DNA of 64,000 bases from Cryomorphaceae bacterium (GTDB taxonomy: Bacteria > Bacteroidota > Bacteroidia > Flavobacteriales_D > Parvicellaceae): contig CAJJBV010000004.1 of the NCBI GenBank assembly GCA_905182525.1, forward strand, positions 132,068 to 196,067, written 5' to 3'. Each line of letters opens with the position of its first letter. The first letter of the stretch is position 1. The position numbers and the translations under genes are program-made. The notes below the pieces were generated by a model. That model saw only the letters and a program-made list of their open reading frames with translations, was not told the DNA's origin and made no database searches. Below, piece by piece: positions 1-9,183 of this stretch.

Positions 1-479
1 GAACCTGGCCATTTTATTCCAATTGAGCTGTCATTCCAAATAATAGAATCTTCAGCATCTTTACAGTAAAATTCCGAACATTTATAGGTAAATATTGTAT
101 TGTCTTCTAATGTTAAAAAACCATGAGCCATGCCTTTAGGAATAAATAGTTGATGATTGTTATACTCACTTAATTCTTCTAGAATATATTCACCATAGGT
201 TTTAGATTTTTTTCTTAAGTCTACTACTACATCTAAAACACTTCCTCTAATAACTCTCACTAATTTTGCTTGTGCATGTGGTGGTTTTTGAAAATGGAGG
301 CCTCTTAAAATATTTTTTGAAGAAACTGATTGATTATCTTGAACAAAATTTATCTTTTGATTAGTTTCTTTTTGAAATACTTTCATGTTAAAAGATTCAA
401 AGAAACTTCCCCTATCATCATTAAAAATTTTTGGTTTAATTAAATAAACCCCTTCAATTTTTGTAGATATTATATTCAC
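1..479 (-). CDS. rfbC: dTDP-4-dehydrorhamnose 3,5-epimerase (RmlC), 3' end cut by the window edge
   Basis: Absent from the ORF track because no stop lies in the window. Reverse-strand translation from GTG at 479..477 reads VNIISTKIEGVYLIKPKIFNDDRGSFFESFN...LRGLHFQKPPHAQAKLVRVIRGSVLDVVVDLRK...FIPKGMAHGFLTLED..., a typical RmlC cupin sequence. The GTG overlaps the TGA stop of the upstream gene (GTGA). Confidence 0.85.
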   Translation of the reverse strand, partial: MNIISTKIEGVYLIKPKIFNDDRGSFFESFNMKVFQKETNQKINFVQDNQSVSSKNILRGLHFQKPPHAQAKLVRVIRGSVLDVVVDLRKKSKTYGEYILEELSEYNNHQLFIPKGMAHGFLTLEDNTIFTYKCSEFYCKDAEDSIIWNDSSIGIKWPG

Positions 480-2991
480 TTTTTAAAGTAAGATTTAATT
501 TTTTTAAAGATAGTTTTTTCTTTGCTTGAATCATCATCAGTGTAATATGAAGTATAAGAACCATAACCATAACCATAACCATAACCATAACCATAACCAT
601 AACCATAACCATAACCATAACCATAACCATAACCGTAACCGTATCTATTGCTGTATTCATTTCGTTTAGCATCAACGCCATTTAAAACTACAGATAGCTT
701 AGTTAAATTGTTGTCTCGAATTAATTTCTCTACATTTTGAACAAATTTCTTTCTTGAATAATTGGCTTTAAAAACATAAATGGGATAATCTGCTTTTTGT
801 AATACAGGAATTCCATCAGTAACTAACCCAACTGGCGGATTGTCAATTATAATATAGTCATAAATCTTCTTTAGTTTTTTAATAGAATGATCAAATTCTT
901 CACTTATAATTAATTCGGATGGGTTTGGAGGTAATGTCCCTGCTGTAATAAAATCTAAATTATCAAGAGAGCTATTGTAAATACATTCTTCAATTTTATT
1001 TTTTTTCGAAAGCACATCACTCATTCCTAATTCATTCTTGATTCCAAGACCTAGATGAATTTTGGGTTTCCTCATATCTAAATCTATAACCACTACTTTT
1101 TTCCCTGTAAAAGCAATAATTCCACCTAAATTAATTGCTAAAAATGTTTTTCCCTCACCAGAAATAGTACTACTTACAGCTATAACTTTAGACTCGGAAT
1201 CGTTATTTATAAATTGAAGATTGGTTCTTATTGCTCTAAAAGATTCAGTAAGCATAGATTTTGGGCTTTTGTCCACAACTAATTGAGAAACTTCCATTTT
1301 ATTTTTCAAAAATGGGATCATTCCCAAAACTGGAATGTCTGTAGTAGAGTATTTATTAATTTCATGAAGAGCAGTTATTTTATCATGAGTTATGTAATTT
1401 ATTAGAACAACAACCACACATATAAGAATACCTGAAAAGAAAAATATAAGATATATTAAAGCTTTGTTTGGAGAAATTGGGATTTCACTTAGTGGAGCGC
1501 TCTCAAGAATTTCATTATAAGTCGTTATTCCTGCATTATTAAGTTCGTGTTCAGTTTCTTTTTCTAATAGCTGAGTGTAATATTTATTATTAATTTCTGT
1601 GATTTGTTCTAGTTTCAATAGCTCTAATTCATTTTCTGGAATGATGAGGTTTCCTGAAACCATGAGATTTTTTCTATCTATAATTTTTAATTTATTTACT
1701 TTATAGTTCTCTTTTAGCAGTTTTACTGCTTTTTTAATGTATAAAATTTCTTCTTCAATTTGCCTGTTTAGTTGTATAAATTTTTTATTATTTTTAGTTA
1801 CTTCTTTTAGTAATATTTCTCTTTTTAAAACATCTTCTTGAAGTTGAGTGATCATCACTTTTATTAGCTCGTCATCATAAAAAATATTTGTTAGTAAACT
1901 AATGTTTTTAATAGAACTACTGTTTATCTCCGATGATAAACTTTCACTAAACATTAAATCAAATTGATTAAGAAGATCAATATTAGAATTAACTGCTATT
2001 AATTCTTTTTCAATGTCCTCCGTTTTTTTTATTTTATTTTCTTTTAAAATATCTCTATTTTCAAAATCATTAAGTTTTTTTAATTTTCTAATCTTTTTTT
2101 CGTTTAAAACTAATTTTTTTTGTACACTGTCTTTTCTAATGTCAATAAACTTTACAATTTTTTCTGAGCTTAATTGTTTTTTTTCTAAGTCGTAATCAAT
2201 ATAAATATCAACAAGGGAGTTGCAAATCTCTTTTGAAAATAATGGATTTGAGTGCTTGTGACTGATGCTAATAGTATGAGCAGATTGATCTATTATATTG
2301 AGTTCTAAGCCTTTTAAAATCTCATTTTTAATTTGTTTTTTAGTTGGAATAATAAAATATGAAGTTGAATTTTCAATGCTTTTTTCAAATTCTTTTGAAT
2401 CACTATCTATTCTTATTATTCCAGAAATATATTTAGATGAAAAAAATTTATTGGCTTCAATATATTCAGCATAAATTATTTTTTTTTCTTCATTTATAAG
2501 TGAAAAATATTGTTTTCATATTTAAGATAAATTTTTTCTGAAATTATAGATGAATCCTTTACATTATACGATTCCAATCTGTAAGAATTTCCTTTGTAAA
2601 GGAATCTGGATACAATTTCTCCCTCATTATAATAAAATATATTTAAGTTTAATTTTTTAATTAATTTAAAAATTGAATTTTGAGATTTTATTATTGCTAA
2701 TTCAGAACTTAAATTGGTGTTTGAACTATAGTGATTCATACCCATAAATTCTAATGGTTGGTCTTTAATTGCTATTTGAATATTAGCTCTAGTTTTATAA
2801 ATTTCAGGTGTATATCTTAAATATATAAGAGAACATATGAAGGAAATTGTCAGTATAACTACTAAAATCCATTTTATTTTATTTACTAGATACAAGAAAA
2901 GACCTAACTCAAAATCTTGAGTTAAACTTGTTATATTTTCCTTATATCTATTTATATTTTCTTCAGTTTCTCTGAAATTTTCTTGACTCAT
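476..2991 (-). pseudogene. wzc: Wzc-like polysaccharide co-polymerase / bacterial tyrosine (BY) kinase, one frame change
   Basis: ORF 2494..2991 has a TM helix plus a Wzz-type N-terminus. ORF 476..1954 has a second TM helix, P-loop SSTISGEGKTF, VVVIDLDMRKP, Walker B-like YIIIDNPPV and a C-terminal Tyr cluster. The downstream frame is open back to ~2515 (KQYFSLINEEKKIIYAEYIE...), so one 1-nt frame change inside 2497..2515 splits a ~838-codon gene. Confidence 0.8.
560..643 (-). repeat. Coding hexanucleotide tandem repeat: (ACCATA)x12 perfect at 560..631, plus two ACCGTA units
   Basis: Counted directly on the + strand. In the wzc frame on the minus strand it reads TAT-GGT repeated, giving R(YG)14SYTSYY. 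Confidence 0.95.
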
Positions 2992-2992
2992 T

Positions 2993-3777
2993 TTAATTTT
3001 GATTAAGAGTTAACAATAAAATGGATATTGAGGAAATAAATGTAAATATTGACTGGAAGTCTTGAAAGATTCCAAGATCCATATTAAAATTAGGTTTTAT
3101 ATAAATTATGTCATGAGATTGCATAATCATATTTCCATATTTTATTCCTTCAATAGTTGAAAGATTTACATTAAATATTTTATTTTCCTTATTATTTTTT
3201 CTAATTACTGTAATTTTTTTGGAGCTGTTTTTTCCTCCAATTCCACCCGCACTTGCAATTACTTCAAAAAGTGTCATATTATTGAATGTAAGAGGAACAA
3301 CAGATGCTTCTCCATTTGTATTTCCTTTAAATAAAAACACTCTCTTTGTGTTTACTCCTAAAACAATGAATGGATCTACATAAAATTTAGAATATAATTT
3401 TTTAAGATATATTTCTCCTTCTCTAATTGTTTTTCCAACTAGATTATGATTACCAATAATTGGAAATTCTATTAAGCTATCTTCTCGAACTAAGTATAAA
3501 GAACCTACATTTTGAAATTGCATTAATCTCATAATATTTTCTTCTTTACTGGCTTTGCGTATACATATCAACTAACTGTGACCCGTTTCTTGTATATAGT
3601 TGAAATGTTAACTGATCATTAACATTAATTTTATATTCAATTTCGTTAAGCTCTGTTTCAATATTGTCATAACAAATCCTTTAGGTGCTTTTAACATCCT
3701 ATTTGAATTTATTGTACATGAGGCTGAATATTGTAATGTGAGTAATAATTAATAATGTAATTTGATAATAATTTCAT
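2993..3777 (-). pseudogene. wza: Wza-type polysaccharide export outer-membrane lipoprotein; 5' region has at least 3 frame changes
   Basis: ORF 2993..3571 matches the Poly_export/SLBB part of Wza-like proteins. Upstream, three different frames carry the expected N-terminus: ATG at 3777 gives MKLLSNYII, then LLLTLQYSASCTINSNRMLKAPKGFV (lipobox), then YDNIETELNEIEYKINVNDQLTFQLYTRNGSQLVDM. Total length of ~261 codons fits the family. Confidence 0.7.
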
Positions 3778-3828
3778 AGTGCAAAACTACACTTTTTTTT
3801 AAAACTCAAAGAACTTTGACTTACAAAG

Positions 3829-4992
3829 CTAAATTTTGTATAGCTTTTTAATGTTGTCTATTAGATTAGAATAATGAAAATCCTTGGATTTAGCTTCGCC
3901 GTGTCTAGAAAAATACTCCCTTTTAATAGGATTATTAATTAGGGTTAATAAATTATTTGAAAAGCTATTTAAATCGTTATTTTCACAAAGTAACGCTGAT
4001 TTGTTTTCGATTACTATATTTTCTATACCTCCTGTTTTAGTAGACACTATTGGTTTGCCACTAGCTTGGGCTTCAATCAAGCTTACAGGTGTTCCTTCAT
4101 TCAAAGAACAAAGACAGACAATATCCATCCCAGCATTTACTTCATCAATTTCTTTAATCCAAGATGTAAATTGAAAAGTAGCTCTGTTTGAATCTTGGCT
4201 AAAATCTAAATTTTTGAGATTTAAATATTTAAATAAATTTTCTTTCTCTTCGCCATCTCCAACAATAAATGCTCTTATTGGCATATTAGATTTAGTTAAA
4301 ATTTGTTGAATAGAATCAATAAAAAATTTATGGTTTTTAATAGGGACTAACCTTCCAATTATGCCAATTGCAATTTCATTATCATTTATATTCCATTTAT
4401 TTCTAAATTCTTTGCGCTTAACATCTTTATTTGTTTTAAATTTTTCTAAATCAAAACCTAGGGGAATTACTTCAATTTTTTTTGGCGAACATATATTATG
4501 GATTTCACTCAATTCTTTTTTTTGAATTTCACTTATGGCAATTATTTTAGTAGATTTTTTAGCTAAATTTCTTTCAATATTTTTATAAAAATTTGTTTTT
4601 AAAGTTCCAAAATAGGAGTGGAAAACGTGACCATGAAAAGTATGATAAATTTGTTTTATACCAGCATTATAAGCAGCTCTTCTGCCCAATGCCCCAGCTT
4701 TTGCTGCATGAGTATGTACAATATCTGGTTGAAATTCTGCAATTATTTTTTGAATCTTTTTATATGCAATTCTATCGTTTATAGGATTAATTGACCTCTG
4801 CATTTCAGGAATTATAATTGGTTTCAAACCTAAATTATCTAAAATATGCATGGAACTTTTTTCACTTTCGTCGTGTTTTCCTCCTACTAGTAAAGTTTCG
4901 TAGTCATTTTCTAAATATTTAGTAAGATATGCAGCGTTGTAAGTCGGCCCACCTAAATTAAATCTATTAATTATTCTAAGTATTTTTTTCAT
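3829..4992 (-). CDS. Glycosyltransferase, GT4 family (GT-B fold)
   Basis: 387 aa. N-terminus RFNLGGPTYNAAYL...DIVHTHAAKAGALGR and C-terminal EGTPVSLIEAQASGKPIVSTKTGG (the E-x7-E region) are typical of GT4 enzymes. It lies in polysaccharide locus context. Confidence 0.8.
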   Translation of the reverse strand: MKKILRIINRFNLGGPTYNAAYLTKYLENDYETLLVGGKHDESEKSSMHILDNLGLKPIIIPEMQRSINPINDRIAYKKIQKIIAEFQPDIVHTHAAKAGALGRRAAYNAGIKQIYHTFHGHVFHSYFGTLKTNFYKNIERNLAKKSTKIIAISEIQKKELSEIHNICSPKKIEVIPLGFDLEKFKTNKDVKRKEFRNKWNINDNEIAIGIIGRLVPIKNHKFFIDSIQQILTKSNMPIRAFIVGDGEEKENLFKYLNLKNLDFSQDSNRATFQFTSWIKEIDEVNAGMDIVCLCSLNEGTPVSLIEAQASGKPIVSTKTGGIENIVIENKSALLCENNDLNSFSNNLLTLINNPIKREYFSRHGEAKSKDFHYSNLIDNIKKLYKI

Positions 4993-4995
4993 TTA

Positions 4996-6855
4996 TTAAA
5001 CAAGATATTTTTTCACAAAATTATTTAACATAATTAGAGACCATATGTGATATACATTATTTCCAACTGAATTATTAATCCATTTATTTTTAATCATATC
5101 AATTCCATGTTGCTTAATAATTCCCTGTTTTACTAAAATATTATTTTCGAAAATTTCATTTTTAATAAACCCACTCATTTCATTTTTAAACCATTTTTTA
5201 AGTGGCACTTCAAATCCATGTTTTTTTCGATTAAAATGATTTTTAGGAACATGGTTTTTAAAAGTATCTTTTAAAATTTTTTTCATATTTCCAGACTCAA
5301 TTTTATAACTCTCAGGAAGAGAAAATACGTATTCTACTAATTTATGATCTAAAAATGGTGTTCTTACCTCCAAACTATTTGCCATGCTCATCATATCTAC
5401 CTTTCTTAGCATATCATTATCTAGAACAAGATTAAAATCACAATATAAAAAATCATTAATAGATCTTTTGTTTGAAGATATGGGTTCCAAATAATCGTAA
5501 TTTATTTTTTGGCTAGTTAAATTATAAACTTCAGATTCTTCCATAAAAGAAGCCCATTCCAAATATCTTTTTGATGAATTTAGATTCAATCCATAATGAA
5601 GTTTTTTTAGCTGTCTTCCATAATTTCCAATTTTACTATTTCTAGAGGAAGGAAGAAGTTTTGATAATCCTCCCCAATTTTTAATAATTGAATTTTTCCA
5701 ATTTTTTTCTTCAGAAAAGTATAAAGCTTGGTGCTTATTATAACCAGAAAATAACTCGTCTGCACCATCACCAGAAAGAGAAACACTTACATTTTCTCTA
5801 GTTTTTTTAGATAGCAGATATACATTTAGAGCGGACGAATCAGCAAAAGGCTCATCGGAATAATCTAAAAAATCATTTAAGTTTTGATACAATTCTTTAC
5901 TTGTTATGTCAAACGAATGATGATTGGATCCAATGTGTTTAGCAATTTCATTAGCATATTTTGACTCATCAAATAAAGGTTGGTCTTTGAACCCCAAAGA
6001 AAATGTTTGTAAATCACTTTTGTATTCTTTAGCAATTGCAGATATAATACTAGAATCTACACCGCCACTTAAAAAAGTTCCCAATGGCACATCTGAAACT
6101 AATCTTCTTTCAACAGATTTATATAGTAGATCTTTAATTTTTTTTTGTGCAGTTTCATAATTGTCATCACTAAGTTTTGTTGGATAATAAGAGTAGTATT
6201 TTGATATTTCTACTTTATTATTTTGAATTTCCATGATCTCACCAGGAAGCAGTTTTTTACAATCTTGAACGATTGTTCTTGGGGCTGGTATATAAGTATG
6301 TCTAAAGAATTGTGATAATGCTTGTCGGTCAATATCTCTTTTAATAGGGTATGATAAAATGGATTTTAGTTCTGAGCTAAAAATTAATCTTTCGCTGTTT
6401 AAAGAATATATTAATGGCTTGATACCAAATCTGTCTCTACCAAGAAGAAAATATTTTTCTTTTTTATCATAAAAACAAAAAGCAAAAAATCCATTTATTT
6501 TTTTTATAAATTCTTTTCCAAACTCGATTATTCCATAAAGTAATACTTCAGTATCAGAATTACTTTTAAAAGTATAATTTTTAGAAATAAGTTCTTTTTT
6601 AAGTTCTAAATAATTATATATTTCTCCATTATAAACCAAAACATATCTTTGGTCTTTATCGTAAATTGGTTGATTTGCATTTTTACTCGTATCAATAATA
6701 CTTAGTCTTGCATGTCCCATTTCACAGAATTCATCTCTAAAATGACCTTTAGCATCAGGACCTCTTTTATTTAACTTTTCTATGGCATCTTCAATTATTT
6801 TGTTAGAATGATTGATAGTTTTATTTAAACCTATATAACCTACAATACCACACAT
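4996..6855 (-). CDS. asnB: Asparagine synthase (glutamine-hydrolysing) family amidotransferase, polysaccharide-locus type
   Basis: MCGIVGY N-terminus followed by SGGVDSS PP-loop. Start moved from the ORF-track 6885 to the ATG at 6855, because class II (Ntn) amidotransferases need Cys as the first residue after Met removal. Confidence 0.85.
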   Translation of the reverse strand: MCGIVGYIGLNKTINHSNKIIEDAIEKLNKRGPDAKGHFRDEFCEMGHARLSIIDTSKNANQPIYDKDQRYVLVYNGEIYNYLELKKELISKNYTFKSNSDTEVLLYGIIEFGKEFIKKINGFFAFCFYDKKEKYFLLGRDRFGIKPLIYSLNSERLIFSSELKSILSYPIKRDIDRQALSQFFRHTYIPAPRTIVQDCKKLLPGEIMEIQNNKVEISKYYSYYPTKLSDDNYETAQKKIKDLLYKSVERRLVSDVPLGTFLSGGVDSSIISAIAKEYKSDLQTFSLGFKDQPLFDESKYANEIAKHIGSNHHSFDITSKELYQNLNDFLDYSDEPFADSSALNVYLLSKKTRENVSVSLSGDGADELFSGYNKHQALYFSEEKNWKNSIIKNWGGLSKLLPSSRNSKIGNYGRQLKKLHYGLNLNSSKRYLEWASFMEESEVYNLTSQKINYDYLEPISSNKRSINDFLYCDFNLVLDNDMLRKVDMMSMANSLEVRTPFLDHKLVEYVFSLPESYKIESGNMKKILKDTFKNHVPKNHFNRKKHGFEVPLKKWFKNEMSGFIKNEIFENNILVKQGIIKQHGIDMIKNKWINNSVGNNVYHIWSLIMLNNFVKKYLV

Positions 6856-6921
6856 AAACCAAGCATTTTTAGCTAATTTAACCAATGGAATGATTTTTGG
6901 TTATATATTGTGAGAGTATTT

Positions 6922-8346
6922 ATGAAGAAAACATTATTAATAGTTGTTTTAAAAATCTTTTTATCATTCAATTCTTTTTCTCAGGATTTTTTAAACAGTT
7001 CTTTAATCAATTTTTTAAAATCTCCTGAAATTTCAAACTCAATTGTTGGATTACAGCTTCAAAATCAAAATGGAAAAATATTACTAAGTAATAATCCCAA
7101 AAAATCACTAATTCCCGCTTCATTACAAAAGCTTTTTACCACGGCTTATGTTTTGAATAAACTGCCATTAGATTTTACATTTAAAACTTTGGTGCTCTCT
7201 GATGGGTTAATTGATACAAATACTAATATTTTATATGGCAACTTAATAATATCTACATCAGGTGATCCAAGTTTAGAAAGTAGGATTTATAAGTCTAGAA
7301 GTTTCATAAAAGATTTAAGACTACTAATGTTAAAACTAAAAATTAAATCTATTGAAGGCAAAGTTGTTTTAAAACCTCTAGAAACAGATTATCAGGTTAA
7401 TAATCAGTGGCTTTGGAGTGATTTAGGAAATTATTATGGTTCGGGATATTCTTCACATACATTTCGAGACAACTATGTCGAAGTTTTTTTTAATTCAGGT
7501 AAAGAGATAGGCGAACCTACAGAGATCATTAAAATTGATCCTAATATAGATTCTTTTCATTTAATTAATAAAGTAATAGTAGGGGAGTCTAATACAGATT
7601 TATCCTATGCATATGGTGCACCTTTACATGAAACCCGACTATTAGTAGGGACAATACCAGCTAATAAAGAAAATTTTAAAGTAAAAATATCAATGCATAA
7701 TCCCAAAATATTTTTACAATATGCAATTGAAAACACATTATTAGATCTTGGTATTACAATTAATAATTCAACCAATGAAAATATTACTTTATCTCAATTA
7801 GATACCCTAATGATTTATGAGTCTCCGACTATTAATGATTTAGTAATGTGTGTTAATTCTCAAAGCAATAATAATTATGCAGAACATATTTTAATAAAAG
7901 CAGTTTCAAAAATTAAAACAGATGTTACTTTGAACCAATCTCCAGTTTACTTAGAAGACTTTTGGAAAGATAAGTTAGGGATTTCAGGTATTGTGTTCAA
8001 AGACGGATGTGGTCTTTCAAGAATGAATTTATCGTCTCCAAGCTCATTTAATAAACTCCTGAGTTACCAATTAAATCATTCTTCTGTAAAAGAGGCTTTC
8101 TTTAATTCTCTTCCAGTTTCTGGAAAGTCAGGGACATTAAAATATATTGGTGACAATACTGTTTTAGAAGGGAAATTTATTGGTAAAAGTGGATCTATGG
8201 GTGGAGTTAGGTGTTATTCTGGTTGCTTTGTGAAAAACAGTAAATATTTTCCATTTACAATCATGATAAATAATTTCACATCAAATGATTATTTAATTAA
8301 AAGTAAAATTGAAAATCTAATGATTGATATTTATAAAAATATTTAA
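6922..8346 (+). CDS. dacB: D-alanyl-D-alanine carboxypeptidase/endopeptidase, PBP4 (peptidase S13)
   Basis: Signal peptide MKKTLLIVVLKIFLSFNSFS. SxxK motif in PASLQKLFT, SGD in STSGDPS, and KSG in GKSGTLKY / GKSGSMGG. The first ATG is at 6922; the ORF-track start at 6910 is GTG. Confidence 0.8.
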   Translation: MKKTLLIVVLKIFLSFNSFSQDFLNSSLINFLKSPEISNSIVGLQLQNQNGKILLSNNPKKSLIPASLQKLFTTAYVLNKLPLDFTFKTLVLSDGLIDTNTNILYGNLIISTSGDPSLESRIYKSRSFIKDLRLLMLKLKIKSIEGKVVLKPLETDYQVNNQWLWSDLGNYYGSGYSSHTFRDNYVEVFFNSGKEIGEPTEIIKIDPNIDSFHLINKVIVGESNTDLSYAYGAPLHETRLLVGTIPANKENFKVKISMHNPKIFLQYAIENTLLDLGITINNSTNENITLSQLDTLMIYESPTINDLVMCVNSQSNNNYAEHILIKAVSKIKTDVTLNQSPVYLEDFWKDKLGISGIVFKDGCGLSRMNLSSPSSFNKLLSYQLNHSSVKEAFFNSLPVSGKSGTLKYIGDNTVLEGKFIGKSGSMGGVRCYSGCFVKNSKYFPFTIMINNFTSNDYLIKSKIENLMIDIYKNI

Positions 8347-9179
8347 GGAAATTTAGGATATTTTTTAAAATCTGGATCTCTTTTTTCTAAAAAGGCATTT
8401 CGACCTTCTTCAGCCTCCTCAGTTCCATAGGCAAGTCTCGTAGCTTCTCCTGCATAAACTTGTTGCCCAACAAGACCGTCATCAATTAAGTTAAATCCAA
8501 ACTTGAGCATTTTTATTGCTGTTGGACTTTTACTCATAATAAGTTGAGCCCAATTATACCCAGTATTTTCAAGATCTTTATGTTGAACAACTTTATTAAT
8601 CATTCCCATTTCATAGGCTTCTTGGGCAGAATATTCTAATCCTAAAAAGAAAATTTCTCTTGCTCTTTTTTGACCAATTTGACGAGCTAAATATGCTGAA
8701 CCAAATCCCCCATCAAAGCTTGCAACATTGGCATCTGTTTGTTTAAATATTGCATGTTCTTTACTTGCTATAGTCATATCACAAACTACATGTAGACTAT
8801 GACCACCACCAACAGCCCAACCAGGAACTACAGCTATTACAACTTTATTCATAAATCTAATCTGACGTTGAACATCCAGAATGTTAAATTTATTTACTCC
8901 ATCAAGACCTTTATATCCCGTTTTTGCTCTTACTCGTTGATCTCCACCTGAACAAAATGCCCATCCACCGTCTTTTTCTGATGGACCTTCTCCAGTTAAT
9001 AAAACCACTCCAATTTCTTGGCTTTCATGACAAATGATTAAAGCATCTAATAATTCATCTACTGTTTTTGGTCGAAAAGCATTCCGAACTTCTGGACGGT
9101 TAAAAGCTATACGAGCAACTCCATCGGCTTGTTTAAAAGTAATATCTTCATAATCCTTAATGGTATTCCAATTTATCAT
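8343..9179 (-). CDS. menB: 1,4-dihydroxy-2-naphthoyl-CoA synthase
   Basis: 278 aa crotonase-fold protein with ARIAFNRPEVRNAFRP...FCSGGDQ...VPGWAVGGGHSLHVVCD, closely matching MenB. Confidence 0.93.
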   Translation of the reverse strand: MINWNTIKDYEDITFKQADGVARIAFNRPEVRNAFRPKTVDELLDALIICHESQEIGVVLLTGEGPSEKDGGWAFCSGGDQRVRAKTGYKGLDGVNKFNILDVQRQIRFMNKVVIAVVPGWAVGGGHSLHVVCDMTIASKEHAIFKQTDANVASFDGGFGSAYLARQIGQKRAREIFFLGLEYSAQEAYEMGMINKVVQHKDLENTGYNWAQLIMSKSPTAIKMLKFGFNLIDDGLVGQQVYAGEATRLAYGTEEAEEGRNAFLEKRDPDFKKYPKFP

Positions 9180-9183
9180 ATTA

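Noticed and set aside
560-643. Possible CRISPR or non-coding minisatellite
   Set aside because: The unit is only 6 nt, there are no spacers, and it lies in frame inside a coding region as the Tyr cluster of a BY-kinase.
454-681. 75-aa ORF with a (VM)n repeat
   Set aside because: It is merely another reading frame of the hexanucleotide repeat inside the wzc-like gene. It has no start context and overlaps a well-supported kinase C-terminus.
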